Below, one piece after another: positions 24,171 through 34,073 of a stretch of DNA of 53,638 nt (its first letter is position 1; the number at the start of each line of letters is the position of its first letter). The stretch is from a virus. Taxonomy: Duplodnaviria > Caudoviricetes. Made by a program: the position numbers and the translations under genes. The stretch is from positions 1 through 53,638 of the IMG/VR virus record IMGVR_UViG_3300023174_000219. One strand, written 5' to 3'. The notes below the pieces were generated by a model. The model was given only the letters and a program-made list of their open reading frames with translations, was not told the origin of the DNA and ran no database searches.

Positions 24171-24696
24171 TAGCGTCCTCTACTACAATAGCCTCTACTA
24201 CTCCAGTAATTTGGGACAATCTTTTAGCAACATCCATTTTGCATTTAGGGCAGGTAGATGTAACTTCTTTTAATATCTTAACTAAAACTTCTTGTTTACG
24301 TTCTGCCTCAGCAATTTGAGAAGCTATTTCATTATTTTCAAGTACGCCAACAGATTGAAGCATTCCAATTCTCTTAGCTTCAATATCTGCAATTAATTTT
24401 AATGTTCCAGACTTAACATTAAGTTGACCCTGTGTATCGGCATCCTCAACTGTTTTCCAGGCCTCTTTAATCAGCATGGCATAATGTTGATCAGCACCAG
24501 AGATCGCCTCTTTAGCACGGTCTCTAAGGCTTGTATCGTTATGGATTACAGACTTCCACTCATCAATAAATTCAATTACCTCCTTACGGGTAAAACCCGT
24601 AAGGGTGGCAATTTGAGTTGGGCTGTTACCCTTAAGTAATTCTTCTACAACCTTATTCATTCGGTCATAATGTATAGCTGGCTCTAATTCAGTCAT
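24160..24696 (-). CDS. probable terminase small subunit (N-terminal HTH)
   Basis: LLKGNSPTQIATLTGFTRKEV HTH; overlaps terL start. Confidence 0.65.
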   Translation of the reverse strand: MTELEPAIHYDRMNKVVEELLKGNSPTQIATLTGFTRKEVIEFIDEWKSVIHNDTSLRDRAKEAISGADQHYAMLIKEAWKTVEDADTQGQLNVKSGTLKLIADIEAKRIGMLQSVGVLENNEIASQIAEAERKQEVLVKILKEVTSTCPKCKMDVAKRLSQITGVVEAIVVEDASGS

Positions 24697-24711
24697 ACAT
24701 ATATTATACTT

Positions 24712-25053
24712 CTAGTCGACTGAAATAGCAAGTCGCTTAGCAATTTTAAGAAGTATTAAATAACCAATCATATCGTCAATATCGTTATCTCCTGCAAATC
24801 CTGAGCCATTTTTAATTCTATTTATTTTGTCGTCAATACGAATTTTAATTTGCTCTTGATTATCTGCTTGAGAAAATATACGAATTGGGCTTAATGCCGA
24901 ATCTCCGTATGATATATTTTTTTGAATTAACATTTCTGCAATTTCAAGACACTCTCTAATAATTCTATGACCAGAAGGAGCGTCTGTTGCTATTAATTGT
25001 AGATCTGTAATCCAAGTTTGATAACCGCTATCCTTATTTGGATACCCCGCCAT
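24712..25053 (-). CDS. DUF1599/nucleotide-modification-associated domain 1 protein
   Basis: LIQKNISYGDS...RIDDKINRI...DDMIGYLILL. Confidence 0.75.
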   Translation of the reverse strand: MAGYPNKDSGYQTWITDLQLIATDAPSGHRIIRECLEIAEMLIQKNISYGDSALSPIRIFSQADNQEQIKIRIDDKINRIKNGSGFAGDNDIDDMIGYLILLKIAKRLAISVD

Positions 25054-25061
25054 TTTTTCTC

Positions 25062-25679
25062 CTATTCGTGAATATGCTCTGGTCGTACGTAATCTGGATT
25101 CTTACGTACCCAAACCTGCCATCCCTTTTCAATAACTGTAAGATGTTCTGAATACATGCTAACAAACATATCTATGGCTGGTCCTGGATTATATCTGGCT
25201 CCTCGTGGATGTGTCCATGCATAATCATCAATAGCCATAATTCCACCTGGCTTTAAAAGCTCCCAGGATAGTAGGGCATCCATCATAAATGCTTGAGGCA
25301 TGTGGTCACCATCAATATAGATAAAATCATATTGGGTTGATCTATTTTTCATCAACCATTCATCACTGTATGCCTTATGTTTAATTAACTGATCTTTAAA
25401 TGGTTCAAGTTGTTCATCAAATGCTGACTCTACATCTGAAAAATCAAATGCCTCGTGTGCAACATTTCCATTCCACGGATCAACACAAGTTAACTTGGAT
25501 GTCTTGTTTGTCAAAATATTTTCAATTGTCCATGCAGCACTATTGCCACAGAATGAACCAATTTCTAAAAACTTTAGGTTTGGCTTTCCCCTAAACTCAT
25601 CAAGTAGACGATCAAAGTCGTCCTGTGTTTTATTTCCTAAAAACCAATTAGGTAATTTTTCTGCTAGTTCTCTGCTCAT
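25062..25679 (-). CDS. class I SAM-dependent methyltransferase (Methyltransf_24-like)
   Basis: LEIGSFCGNS...CVDPW...FIYIDGDH...LKPGGIMAIDDY. Confidence 0.9.
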   Translation of the reverse strand: MSRELAEKLPNWFLGNKTQDDFDRLLDEFRGKPNLKFLEIGSFCGNSAAWTIENILTNKTSKLTCVDPWNGNVAHEAFDFSDVESAFDEQLEPFKDQLIKHKAYSDEWLMKNRSTQYDFIYIDGDHMPQAFMMDALLSWELLKPGGIMAIDDYAWTHPRGARYNPGPAIDMFVSMYSEHLTVIEKGWQVWVRKNPDYVRPEHIHE

Positions 25680-26389
25680 GTGTTTCTCTTTTCTGGCACT
25701 GGATGGCCTATTTCTCTAGTTTGAAATGTCGATACCATATCATACAATTTACATCCAATTTCCGCAAGGGGGTGGATGGTGTAGCTTTTAAATAAGTCTG
25801 GCTGCCTATAAATATACCAATCGATAGGCATTGTCAACCCAGTATGTTTAACTAAGTTTAACATTTTTTTTGCTGATTTTCTATTTAATACGTAGCATAG
25901 CATTGACCAGTCTTGGTATGCTTTAACTATGTATGTATTGCTTTCTATGCCATGATTAGCCTGACTAAACCTAGGCAATTGATCATCATGTACAAAATAA
26001 CTAAATACGTCCCAATCTTCTGGCAACCCGCCCATATATTTTTCTAAAAGATATATAAATCCTATTTGATCTGGTACATGAATATCGTCTTCCATAAGCA
26101 TCAGGTATTCTTTGTCTGTATTTAAAAAGTTCTTAATTGCCAATAAGTTACTGGCCCATATTCCTAGTTCGCCCCATTTAAATTCACGTTCAGTTTTAAT
26201 TAAATTATGCTTTTCATTAAAATCAAAATACTGTTCCTCATTGCTTATTAATACAGTCTCTGTATCCAGCCTACTCATTTTATTAGAAAGAAATTCATCT
26301 AATGTATTAAATAGCTCTTCCCTTTTTTCATGAGATTCTCCATATCCTGGAATATGAAAAATTTTGTAACACATTTTGTTAGCTATCAT
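25676..26389 (-). CDS. glycosyltransferase family 25-like
   Basis: GELGIWASN...LMLMEDD...LPEDWD...YVLNRKSAKKML...PIDWYI. Confidence 0.85.
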   Translation of the reverse strand: MIANKMCYKIFHIPGYGESHEKREELFNTLDEFLSNKMSRLDTETVLISNEEQYFDFNEKHNLIKTEREFKWGELGIWASNLLAIKNFLNTDKEYLMLMEDDIHVPDQIGFIYLLEKYMGGLPEDWDVFSYFVHDDQLPRFSQANHGIESNTYIVKAYQDWSMLCYVLNRKSAKKMLNLVKHTGLTMPIDWYIYRQPDLFKSYTIHPLAEIGCKLYDMVSTFQTREIGHPVPEKRNT

Positions 26390-26532
26390 CTTTTTTTAAT
26401 TAGCCCAAACTGTTCTAAATATCTCTGTATGGTCATAGCAGAGACACCACACTCTTTACCAATTTCTGTTACTGTTTTTTTCTGTATTACATATCTTCTA
26501 TGTAACCACTCTTTACTTTGATAAAGTTTCAT
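26386..26532 (-). CDS. 48-aa HTH protein (not in ORF track)
   Basis: MKLYQSKEWLHRRYVIQKKTVTEIGKECGVSAMTIQRYLEQFGL; ATGA overlaps both sides. Confidence 0.8.
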   Translation of the reverse strand: MKLYQSKEWLHRRYVIQKKTVTEIGKECGVSAMTIQRYLEQFGLIKKR

Positions 26533-27095
26533 CGTTCCGTCAACACCGTATTAGAATAATGTGCAATGCCGAATGCATCTGCCACATCAAAATCATCTAG
26601 GGAAAGACTATATTTAGAATTAAAGTAGTCTACTGTTCTTTGCTTACGCATATTCCTTAATTGATTTTTATACCATGAGTCTGCATAACCTGGATTCTCA
26701 AATCTTATTTTATCTTTTTCAAACTTTGTAGGATTTTTATTTCCAATATGTGCTTGCCAAGCAGTGGGTGATATTGTTATAACCTTAGCCCCTGTCGACA
26801 TTAACTCTGCAATAACAACACCATATACATATGATAGTTTAATTACAGCATCTGGAGACCTAACTAAAATAGCACCCTCAACAACGATATAATCTGATTT
26901 TAATTCATCAAGCATTAGAGCCATCTTCTTTTTTGCATCAAATATCTTATCATATATATCTGATCCAACTAAGTTTATCTTTCCCCATTTTAACGGTTGA
27001 TCATCTTCCATTAGGCAGAATGCTATAGAGTTAGTGGACGCATCTATGCCAAGAACTCTGTGCGCTTTTGTTTTAACTAGGTCAGCTAATTTCAT
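26529..27095 (-). CDS. ruvC: RuvC-like Holliday junction resolvase
   Basis: VLGIDAS...IVVE...DVADAFGIA. Confidence 0.85.
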   Translation of the reverse strand: MKLADLVKTKAHRVLGIDASTNSIAFCLMEDDQPLKWGKINLVGSDIYDKIFDAKKKMALMLDELKSDYIVVEGAILVRSPDAVIKLSYVYGVVIAELMSTGAKVITISPTAWQAHIGNKNPTKFEKDKIRFENPGYADSWYKNQLRNMRKQRTVDYFNSKYSLSLDDFDVADAFGIAHYSNTVLTER

Positions 27096-27360
27096 TTATC
27101 ATTCCTAGCAGGTTACTTTTAGTTTTTAAATTAATATTTTTTTCGCATGTTGCACAAAAGTTTGACTGATTGTATCTGCTAAGCTGAGCACCACATTTTT
27201 TACATGGTCTTAACGCACCATTTCTAATAGCCTTCTTCTCATAATACTTTTCCATGATCCTACGATTTGTAGCAATACGGCAGCACTCATCAGTACAATA
27301 TTTTTGATTATGTGTTTTAGGCTCAAAGTCTTTTGCACACTCTTTATTCCCACAGATCAT
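27082..27360 (-). CDS. double zinc-finger protein
   Basis: CGNKEC...YCTDEC and CKKC...CATC. Confidence 0.75.
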   Translation of the reverse strand: MICGNKECAKDFEPKTHNQKYCTDECCRIATNRRIMEKYYEKKAIRNGALRPCKKCGAQLSRYNQSNFCATCEKNINLKTKSNLLGMINEIS

Positions 27361-28148
27361 ACTTTTGGAACCTCAAATGATTCTATCTGTACAGTTCCAA
27401 GTTGTGCTGATTTATCCCAACATTCTTTTTTAATTGGGCAGTATGTACACGGCATCTTGGACTTTGTTGCTCCAGCTGGTCTCATTGGGAGATCTCCGTC
27501 TTTAAAATTATCCCAGACTTCGCACATCCATAGAAAAGCATCCTCAATTATCTTAGTATTCTTTTCATTCATAGAGATAGGAATAACAAGGATCTCTTGA
27601 GTATTCTTATTTTCATATAAGAAAAAGCCTTCTTTAGCATTTTTAAGCTTCATGTATGTAAGTAATTGAAGCATGTGGTTTGCTGTTGGTTTCATTTCAG
27701 CCTGTCTAGAATCCCAGACCTCTTGCTTAGCCGTTTTGATTTCACCAATTACGGTTTCTCCATCATACTCCATAATTAAATCTATAAAGCCACGGATAGG
27801 TGGATATTCATTAACAATCTCTTCTTCTTCTGCCTTAAATTGTGGCATAGTTGAAATAAGTTTTTGAAGTCTTTCATGAGCTTGCGTTCCCTGCGCCATA
27901 TTAGCTACCGCAACCGCATCATTGTCATCGATAAACATTGCTCCGCTAAATGCCATATACCAATATCTTGGGCATGTTCCATGACCATACCCCAAAGAAC
28001 TCGGGCTAAATGACTTCTTTGTCATTTCTCCATCTGCACGTTTAGTATTTCTGTATGATTCGTCAAGAAGCTGAGCAAATAACTCTGGGTCAAAGTGCTT
28101 GCCTGTATGCTTTTTAAACTTAAGGTTCTTTACTATATCTCTACCCAT
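27357..28148 (-). CDS. Cas4/RecB-like PD-(D/E)XK exonuclease with Fe-S motif
   Basis: CPR...GTQAHE...GFIDL...GEIKT...QLLTY...CTYCPIKKEC. Confidence 0.9.
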   Translation of the reverse strand: MGRDIVKNLKFKKHTGKHFDPELFAQLLDESYRNTKRADGEMTKKSFSPSSLGYGHGTCPRYWYMAFSGAMFIDDNDAVAVANMAQGTQAHERLQKLISTMPQFKAEEEEIVNEYPPIRGFIDLIMEYDGETVIGEIKTAKQEVWDSRQAEMKPTANHMLQLLTYMKLKNAKEGFFLYENKNTQEILVIPISMNEKNTKIIEDAFLWMCEVWDNFKDGDLPMRPAGATKSKMPCTYCPIKKECWDKSAQLGTVQIESFEVPKV

Positions 28149-28486
28149 TATGAATTGTACCTAACGACATACTTAAGTGCATCTACAAGCTTGTCTATGG
28201 ACTCCTTTACTGAATAATAAATGTTCTTCTTATTGTTATTGACAGTACCAGCCTTGTCCTTTGCAACTGTTGAGTAAACAGAAGCTAGAACGGCAAATTT
28301 AGTAGACATAGCCTGTAGTTCCATAATTAAATGCGGTGCCTTTGCCGAAGGAACATCTGGATTCATTAATAATTTTACCACAATAGCCAGCGCTTTATCT
28401 AGATGCTCATCTTTCATGAAATCATGTAGATCATTAAACTCTGTAATGGTGCTAATTAATTCTAGAGTATTCTTATCGTCCGCCAT
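28148..28486 (-). CDS. hypothetical helical protein
   Basis: 112 aa, coupled to the exonuclease. Confidence 0.75.
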   Translation of the reverse strand: MADDKNTLELISTITEFNDLHDFMKDEHLDKALAIVVKLLMNPDVPSAKAPHLIMELQAMSTKFAVLASVYSTVAKDKAGTVNNNKKNIYYSVKESIDKLVDALKYVVRYNS

Positions 28487-28577
28487 TTTTAATTTCCTTA
28501 TCTAACTTATCTATAAATAATCCTAACCCATAGCCGATAACTAGGCCAAGGCCAAAACCGCAGAGGAATGTAATCAT
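28473..28577 (-). CDS. 34-aa single-TM peptide (not in ORF track)
   Basis: MITFLCGFGLGLVIGYGLGLFIDKLDKEIKNGGR; TAATG coupling. Confidence 0.6.
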   Translation of the reverse strand: MITFLCGFGLGLVIGYGLGLFIDKLDKEIKNGGR

Positions 28578-28735
28578 TAGAATAACCTTTGCACTATTCC
28601 ATATCCAAGCCAAAGCCCAAATATTCCCATAAGCCCAGCAAATACTGGTGGTGCTGGAACTGGAAGTTTAAATATGCTAAATACAGCACCAACTCCCATG
28701 CCAGTAAGCGTAGTTAAAAACACTTCTCTAATCAT
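28577..28735 (-). CDS. XapX/DUF1427 domain membrane protein (not in ORF track)
   Basis: GGAGG RBS; G.GVGAVFSIFKLPVPAPPVFAGLMGIFGLWLG. Confidence 0.85.
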   Translation of the reverse strand: MIREVFLTTLTGMGVGAVFSIFKLPVPAPPVFAGLMGIFGLWLGYGIVQRLF

Positions 28736-29033
28736 GATTCTCCTCCCAAAACTGAATTAGATCTTCCAATACAGTCCATTCAATAATTCCTAATCTAACT
28801 TTAGACTCAGTACCAATTATAATTTTTAATGCTGGATGCATGTCTCTACTAACTTTAAATGTATCAGTACAGATCTTTGACCATACTGGTTTATTTAAAG
28901 TAAAAGATGCAGACGCTTCTTTATAATCTACCAAAAACTGATTCCATTTGGCATCACCTTTTTGATAATCTCCACGGCCACTATTTTTTTGAGCCTTAGC
29001 GCCATCTCTTTTAACTTCAGATCTTTCTGACAC
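28728..29033 (-). CDS. PD-(D/E)XK resolvase-like nuclease
   Basis: NSGRG..KGDA...LVDYK...SFTL. Confidence 0.7.
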   Translation of the reverse strand: MSERSEVKRDGAKAQKNSGRGDYQKGDAKWNQFLVDYKEASASFTLNKPVWSKICTDTFKVSRDMHPALKIIIGTESKVRLGIIEWTVLEDLIQFWEENHD

Positions 29034-29221
29034 TATTCAACCTTAACCTGATTTTTATGACCGTTTGGGCACTCCCAAGCTAATATTAATGTGGCTGGAT
29101 CCCAAAAAGCTTCTTCAACATCCGCATTACACTTTCCGCATGGCTTAATTCCATGAATTTTTTGTAATTCAGCTTTATGAATTATCTCTGGCTTATGAAA
29201 AAATTCATTAAGATTTGGCAT
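29033..29221 (-). CDS. zinc-ribbon protein
   Basis: CGKC...WECPNGH. Confidence 0.7.
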   Translation of the reverse strand: MPNLNEFFHKPEIIHKAELQKIHGIKPCGKCNADVEEAFWDPATLILAWECPNGHKNQVKVE

Positions 29222-30212
29222 TTATCTCTCCAACTAAGCTGTCTACAACATCTGGATTTTCTCTTAAATATGCGACAGCCTTTGCACGTCCTTGAAAACG
29301 TTCTCCATTTACTGTATACCATGCTCCACCCTTTTCTACGACGCCACACATTTCTGCAACATCTAATGTTTCACCGACACGATCTACACCAAGAGTTTCC
29401 CCTTGGTAGTAAAAGTCGTATTGTCCCGATAAATTTGGGGGGCCAAGTTTGTTGTAATCAATAATCCAGTTAACTGGCCGTCCAACTCTTTGTTCAATGA
29501 TCTTGTCGCCAACCTTAATCCCAGCCTTAATAGCATTCGCCTCAGCTTCAGACGACCAGAGTTTAATGACAGTGGAAGAAAAGAACTTGACTGCCATGCC
29601 ACCTGTGGGGATGTGACTAGCATGCATAGATCCAAATTGATTTCGTTGTTGTGAGATGAGAACAAGTAGTGTGTTTTTGTTTGCATAGTTTAACATCTTG
29701 ACTGCGTGGGTCATATCCTTTGCTTCTGCGCCGATTTGCTTAGTATCTTGCAAATCCTTCATTTCATTACCATCTTTTTCAAAATAGATGGCTGGTAGCA
29801 ATGCTGAAATAGAATCAACTACAATCATGTCAACTCCAGCATCCATAAGTTTTGTTGCAACGTCAACCATATCGTTAACTGTTTTTGCTGGTGAATAAAT
29901 TAATTTGCTTGAATCAACACCTAAAGACTCAGCCCATGATTGGTCATAGGATGCTTCTGCATCAATCCATGCACAAGTTTTACCTTCCTTCTGTGCCATT
30001 GCTATCATTTGTAGGCAGAAAGAAGATTTTCCAGCAGACTTATTTCCCCATACCAGAACCTGTCGTCCATATCCAAGCCCACCCTTCAAAGCCATATTCA
30101 GGCCAATTGATGGTGTTAGTTGTTTTTCAACCTTAACATCTTGTGCTGATTGAACTCTTGCTCTTGTTTTTGGGTCTAACTTTGCTAATATATCATCTAA
30201 TACAATTGTCAT
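29208..30212 (-). CDS. recA: RecA/UvsX-like recombinase
   Basis: WGNKSAGKS, WIDAE, IVVDSISAL, TGG.AVKF, KGGAWY...FQGR. Confidence 0.95.
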   Translation of the reverse strand: MTIVLDDILAKLDPKTRARVQSAQDVKVEKQLTPSIGLNMALKGGLGYGRQVLVWGNKSAGKSSFCLQMIAMAQKEGKTCAWIDAEASYDQSWAESLGVDSSKLIYSPAKTVNDMVDVATKLMDAGVDMIVVDSISALLPAIYFEKDGNEMKDLQDTKQIGAEAKDMTHAVKMLNYANKNTLLVLISQQRNQFGSMHASHIPTGGMAVKFFSSTVIKLWSSEAEANAIKAGIKVGDKIIEQRVGRPVNWIIDYNKLGPPNLSGQYDFYYQGETLGVDRVGETLDVAEMCGVVEKGGAWYTVNGERFQGRAKAVAYLRENPDVVDSLVGEINAKS

Positions 30213-30245
30213 TATTTATCTTTTCTCTATCTACTAAGTATAGCA

Positions 30246-30593
30246 TTAAAATGCGTTTCCGTGAAGCCTTGGTCTTTCTTTATTAATATTAATTTTATTT
30301 TCTAGAACTTCATCTAGACTATGAAGAACTGCCTCTTCATTTCTCATTGCTGCATAAATATCTAATAGCCTAATAATTACATCAGCCATTTCTTCTACAA
30401 CTGCCTCAGATCCTTTATTTTTTCTAATTGCCTCAAGAACTTCTGTTACTTCTGAATGCACTAATGCAAGTTTGTTGCCAACCTTATCGTATGTGTATTC
30501 TCCGTCCCAAAAACCTTTTCCCCTAGCAATTTCATGCAGCACTGCAGACAATGCATCTAATCCATACTCAGTTAGAACTTGATTCGTTTCCAT
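30246..30593 (-). CDS. MazG-like nucleotide pyrophosphohydrolase
   Basis: LALVHSEVTEVLEAIRK...EEMADVIIRLLD. Confidence 0.85.
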   Translation of the reverse strand: METNQVLTEYGLDALSAVLHEIARGKGFWDGEYTYDKVGNKLALVHSEVTEVLEAIRKNKGSEAVVEEMADVIIRLLDIYAAMRNEEAVLHSLDEVLENKININKERPRLHGNAF

Positions 30594-30783
30594 TTTGCTC
30601 TCTTAAACTAAAAGTAAATGATGGGATTGTCTCATCATAATCAATAACTAATTCTTTATTATTAGTATTAGCATCTAAAAATCTTAATGTTGGAACAGTA
30701 ATCTTTTTATGCTCTTCTAATATTGCAACCAATATCTGGTTCATACTAATAGAAGTAACTAAACCCTCTATATCTTCTGTCAT
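30568..30783 (-). CDS. hypothetical protein
   Basis: 71 aa, ATGA overlap with dnaE. Confidence 0.7.
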   Translation of the reverse strand: MTEDIEGLVTSISMNQILVAILEEHKKITVPTLRFLDANTNNKELVIDYDETIPSFTFSLREQNGNESSSN

Positions 30784-33700
30784 TTTATTTCCTTAACCAT
30801 CAACGTTCCGTCATCTAATTTAGATAGGACTGGCTTACACTTCATACCCTCACGCATTTTTGCTAAGGACATTTTATACATTGTAGGGAAAACAATAACT
30901 CTAGTAAGCTCTTTATCACGATTTGCCAAAACTATATGGCTCATTGTTTTACCAGCCTTAGTTGTATATGGAGTAAAGTTTACTACAATATATTCATCTT
31001 CTTCTAAATCATATTCTTTTTTATAAAGATAATCAACAAACAGATCTGAGCCACTAGCGTCTATATCGCTTACTTTAATATACCTTGCAATACGGTTATC
31101 TCCGACAAGGATGAAGTACATCTGTCCAGTTTCAATCTGTGTTTGTTCTGTGTGAAATAGACCAATAGACCCAGTTTCATCTACTAATTCTACTCTGGCC
31201 CAGCCATTGCCACGCTTAATTCCCTTTACCATTCCAAACATTACAAATGAACCAAGGTCTTCAAACTCCTCAATTGGACGTGCTTGTGCTTTAATACGTG
31301 GTGGTATTCCTTCTAAATTAAATGTAGGAATGCCTAGGTATTCGTAGTAGTTGTCTTTTTCTGATCCCGACCTAGGATTATCTTCGAAGGCAGCGCCACC
31401 AATCGAATTAAGGGCAGCAATAGCCCTACTGTTAATACCGCTACCTTTCGCAGATGCTTTTTCAATGAACTCGGCATAATTTTTAAACGGCCTTCTTTCC
31501 ATTATTTTATTTGCAATGCTATCTGAAATAAACTTTACTTCTGCAAGTCCAAATCGAATAGAATCTTCCTGCAACGAGAAGTATATATCAGACTCATTAA
31601 TATGAGGAAGCTTAATCTTAAGCCCTAGTCTTTTAGCCTCAATTAAATATTCTGTTCTTGCGTCCTTGTCATTTTCGTTTTTAAGAATCGAAAACATGAA
31701 TTCCAAAGGATAAAAAGTCTTAAGCCAAGCAGTGTAATAAGATAGCATGGAGTAAGCAACAGCATGAGAGCGATTAAAGGAATACCCAGCGTGAGCCTCA
31801 AAAGTATGCCAGAGATCTTCGGCCTGCTTCTTAGAAATGTGTTTTGAAGCCCCATCAATAAAGCGATCCTTGAACTGGTCGAATTCTTTTGCATCCTTTT
31901 TCTTTCCGATAATCTTGCGAACTTTATCAGCCTCTGACCAAGACATACCACCTAAATGTACGCAGGCCTGCATAACCTGCTCTTGATATATGATAACACC
32001 ATATGTATTTTCTGTAAAAGGACGTGTAATTGGGTGCGTATACTGAACCGCTTCACGACCATGCTTACGATTAATATATAAAGCACCCACCGTATTCATG
32101 GCACCTGGACGAACTAAAGCATTCGATGCAACAAGGTCTTCAAACTTATCTACACCCATCTTCATAAGAAGATTGGTATATGGCGTAGCTTCTGCTTGGA
32201 AAACACCCTTTGTATATCCTTCGCTCAACATCTGATAAACCTTTGGATCATCAAGTGGGAGCTCAGAAAGATTGATATCTTTTTTATGTCGCCTCTTAAT
32301 TGAATCTAATGTATCAGATATAACAGATAAAGTCTTTAGACCCAATGCATCAAGCTTGATAAGACCAATATCTGCAACTGTGTCCATATCATATGCTACA
32401 ACTGGAATACGACCAGAAACCTTATCCTGTGCATCCTCACGAGATTCTACTGGAGCAAATTTTCTAATATCATCTTTTGCTACAACAACACCCGCTGCGT
32501 GTACGCCAACAGAACGAATACGACCACGTAATCTTTCGGCTAGCCATACTACTTCTGGATATCGCTGTCTAAACTCTTTTGTATTTGGTGACTCTATAAA
32601 GTCTTCAAACGTATCGATAGACTTCATTGCACGGTTAACTTCTTGAAGTGGAACCATAAATACACGAGCAGCATCACGCACAACACCCTTATCTTTAAAA
32701 TAAGTATAAGTTGAAATAGATGCTACATGCTTAAATCTTTTCTTTAAATAATCTTTAACTTCTTTACGACGACGATCTTCAAAGTCTGTATCAATATCTG
32801 GAAAATCGTTACGTTCTGGGTTGATGAAACGGAAGAATAGCAAATCGTATTTGATTGGATCTACGTCTGTAATTCCAAGGGCGTAGCAAACTAGGGAGCC
32901 TGCTGCAGAACCACGTCCAGGACCAACTTTAATATTATTATCTTTAGCCCAATTAATCATATCTGCTACAACTAGGAAGTATGAGGCAAAATTCTTAGAT
33001 GCGATAACAGACAATTCTTCCTCTAGGCGCTCCTTATAAATAGGATCTGAAGCCTTCTGAAGGCCCTCTAAGCCCTTTTCAGCCAGTTCCCGTAGTCTTT
33101 CATCGGCATCCGTCTTTGGAACGGGCAGAAGGTCTAGCCCCTGATAAAAGTCATATTCTCCAACCTTATCTGCAATCTCCATAGTATTATCATATATATC
33201 TGTACGAGTTATATTAGATTTATTAAAGTCTGCCTGAATTTCATCACGAGTTTGGATAAATAGATTATAGTTCTGGAAAGAAATTCTACGATCTGGATAT
33301 AAATAGTTTAATCTATCATTAATATCTTTAATCTGTCTAGACATATCAAAATCAGCATCCTTATCCATCTTAGGGGATGTTGATAGAATAAGCATTGCTT
33401 CTTCTAAAACTCTATCTTCTTCTTTAGCAAAGTGGGCATCTCCAGTTGCAACCGCCTTAATTTTAAGCTCATCGGCAAATTCTAGGAGCTTTGAATTTAT
33501 TTCTTGCGGATTGTGAGATTGAACCTCAATATAAAAATCATCACCGAAAGTTTTCTTAAAATCTTTGAGAACCATTTTAGCTTCGGAGAACTCATTCTTT
33601 TCGATAGCCTTAGAGATGAGCCCATTAAGGCATCCAGAAAGGACAATAATACCTTCAGCATATTCTTTAAGCACCTCTCTATCAATACGTGGCTTATGAT

Positions 33701-34049
33701 AAAAACCTTCGTTCCAAGCAAGTTCCTGTAACTTATTTATATTCTCTAGGCCCTTTTTATTTTTGGCCAATAAGATAATATGATTATACGCCTGAATTGA
33801 TTTATCTGTTTTAGAGGAGCGGTCAAATCTATCTGTGGGAGATATGTACGCTTCTACTCCAAGGATGGGCTTTACGCCCTGCTCTTTACATGCAATTTGC
33901 ATTTCACGATGTGATGATAATGTTCCATGATCTGTAATTGCTAACGCTGTCTGACCAGCGTCTTTTGCTGCCTTTACAAGTTCGGCAGGAGAATTAAGGC
34001 CATCCATTAACGAATAATATGAATGAACGTGTAAGTGTGTGAATGACAT
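30780..34049 (-). CDS. dnaE: DNA polymerase III alpha subunit
   Basis: PHP HLHVHS..SLMDG, TDHG; GRGSAAGSLV; PDIDTDF; YSFNRSHA. Confidence 0.97.
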   Translation of the reverse strand: MSFTHLHVHSYYSLMDGLNSPAELVKAAKDAGQTALAITDHGTLSSHREMQIACKEQGVKPILGVEAYISPTDRFDRSSKTDKSIQAYNHIILLAKNKKGLENINKLQELAWNEGFYHKPRIDREVLKEYAEGIIVLSGCLNGLISKAIEKNEFSEAKMVLKDFKKTFGDDFYIEVQSHNPQEINSKLLEFADELKIKAVATGDAHFAKEEDRVLEEAMLILSTSPKMDKDADFDMSRQIKDINDRLNYLYPDRRISFQNYNLFIQTRDEIQADFNKSNITRTDIYDNTMEIADKVGEYDFYQGLDLLPVPKTDADERLRELAEKGLEGLQKASDPIYKERLEEELSVIASKNFASYFLVVADMINWAKDNNIKVGPGRGSAAGSLVCYALGITDVDPIKYDLLFFRFINPERNDFPDIDTDFEDRRRKEVKDYLKKRFKHVASISTYTYFKDKGVVRDAARVFMVPLQEVNRAMKSIDTFEDFIESPNTKEFRQRYPEVVWLAERLRGRIRSVGVHAAGVVVAKDDIRKFAPVESREDAQDKVSGRIPVVAYDMDTVADIGLIKLDALGLKTLSVISDTLDSIKRRHKKDINLSELPLDDPKVYQMLSEGYTKGVFQAEATPYTNLLMKMGVDKFEDLVASNALVRPGAMNTVGALYINRKHGREAVQYTHPITRPFTENTYGVIIYQEQVMQACVHLGGMSWSEADKVRKIIGKKKDAKEFDQFKDRFIDGASKHISKKQAEDLWHTFEAHAGYSFNRSHAVAYSMLSYYTAWLKTFYPLEFMFSILKNENDKDARTEYLIEAKRLGLKIKLPHINESDIYFSLQEDSIRFGLAEVKFISDSIANKIMERRPFKNYAEFIEKASAKGSGINSRAIAALNSIGGAAFEDNPRSGSEKDNYYEYLGIPTFNLEGIPPRIKAQARPIEEFEDLGSFVMFGMVKGIKRGNGWARVELVDETGSIGLFHTEQTQIETGQMYFILVGDNRIARYIKVSDIDASGSDLFVDYLYKKEYDLEEDEYIVVNFTPYTTKAGKTMSHIVLANRDKELTRVIVFPTMYKMSLAKMREGMKCKPVLSKLDDGTLMVKEIK

Positions 34050-34073
34050 TAATTCTCCGCCTTTAACCTTGTA

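Noticed and set aside
27357-28148. Cas4-like gene as evidence of CRISPR-Cas
   Set aside because: Solo Cas4-family exonucleases are common in phage recombination modules; I found no repeat-spacer array or other cas genes.
30780-34049. Intein or intron in dnaE (also checked terL, dnaB, recA)
   Set aside because: Lengths are normal, reading frames are continuous, and no C...HN splice or LAGLIDADG motifs are seen.
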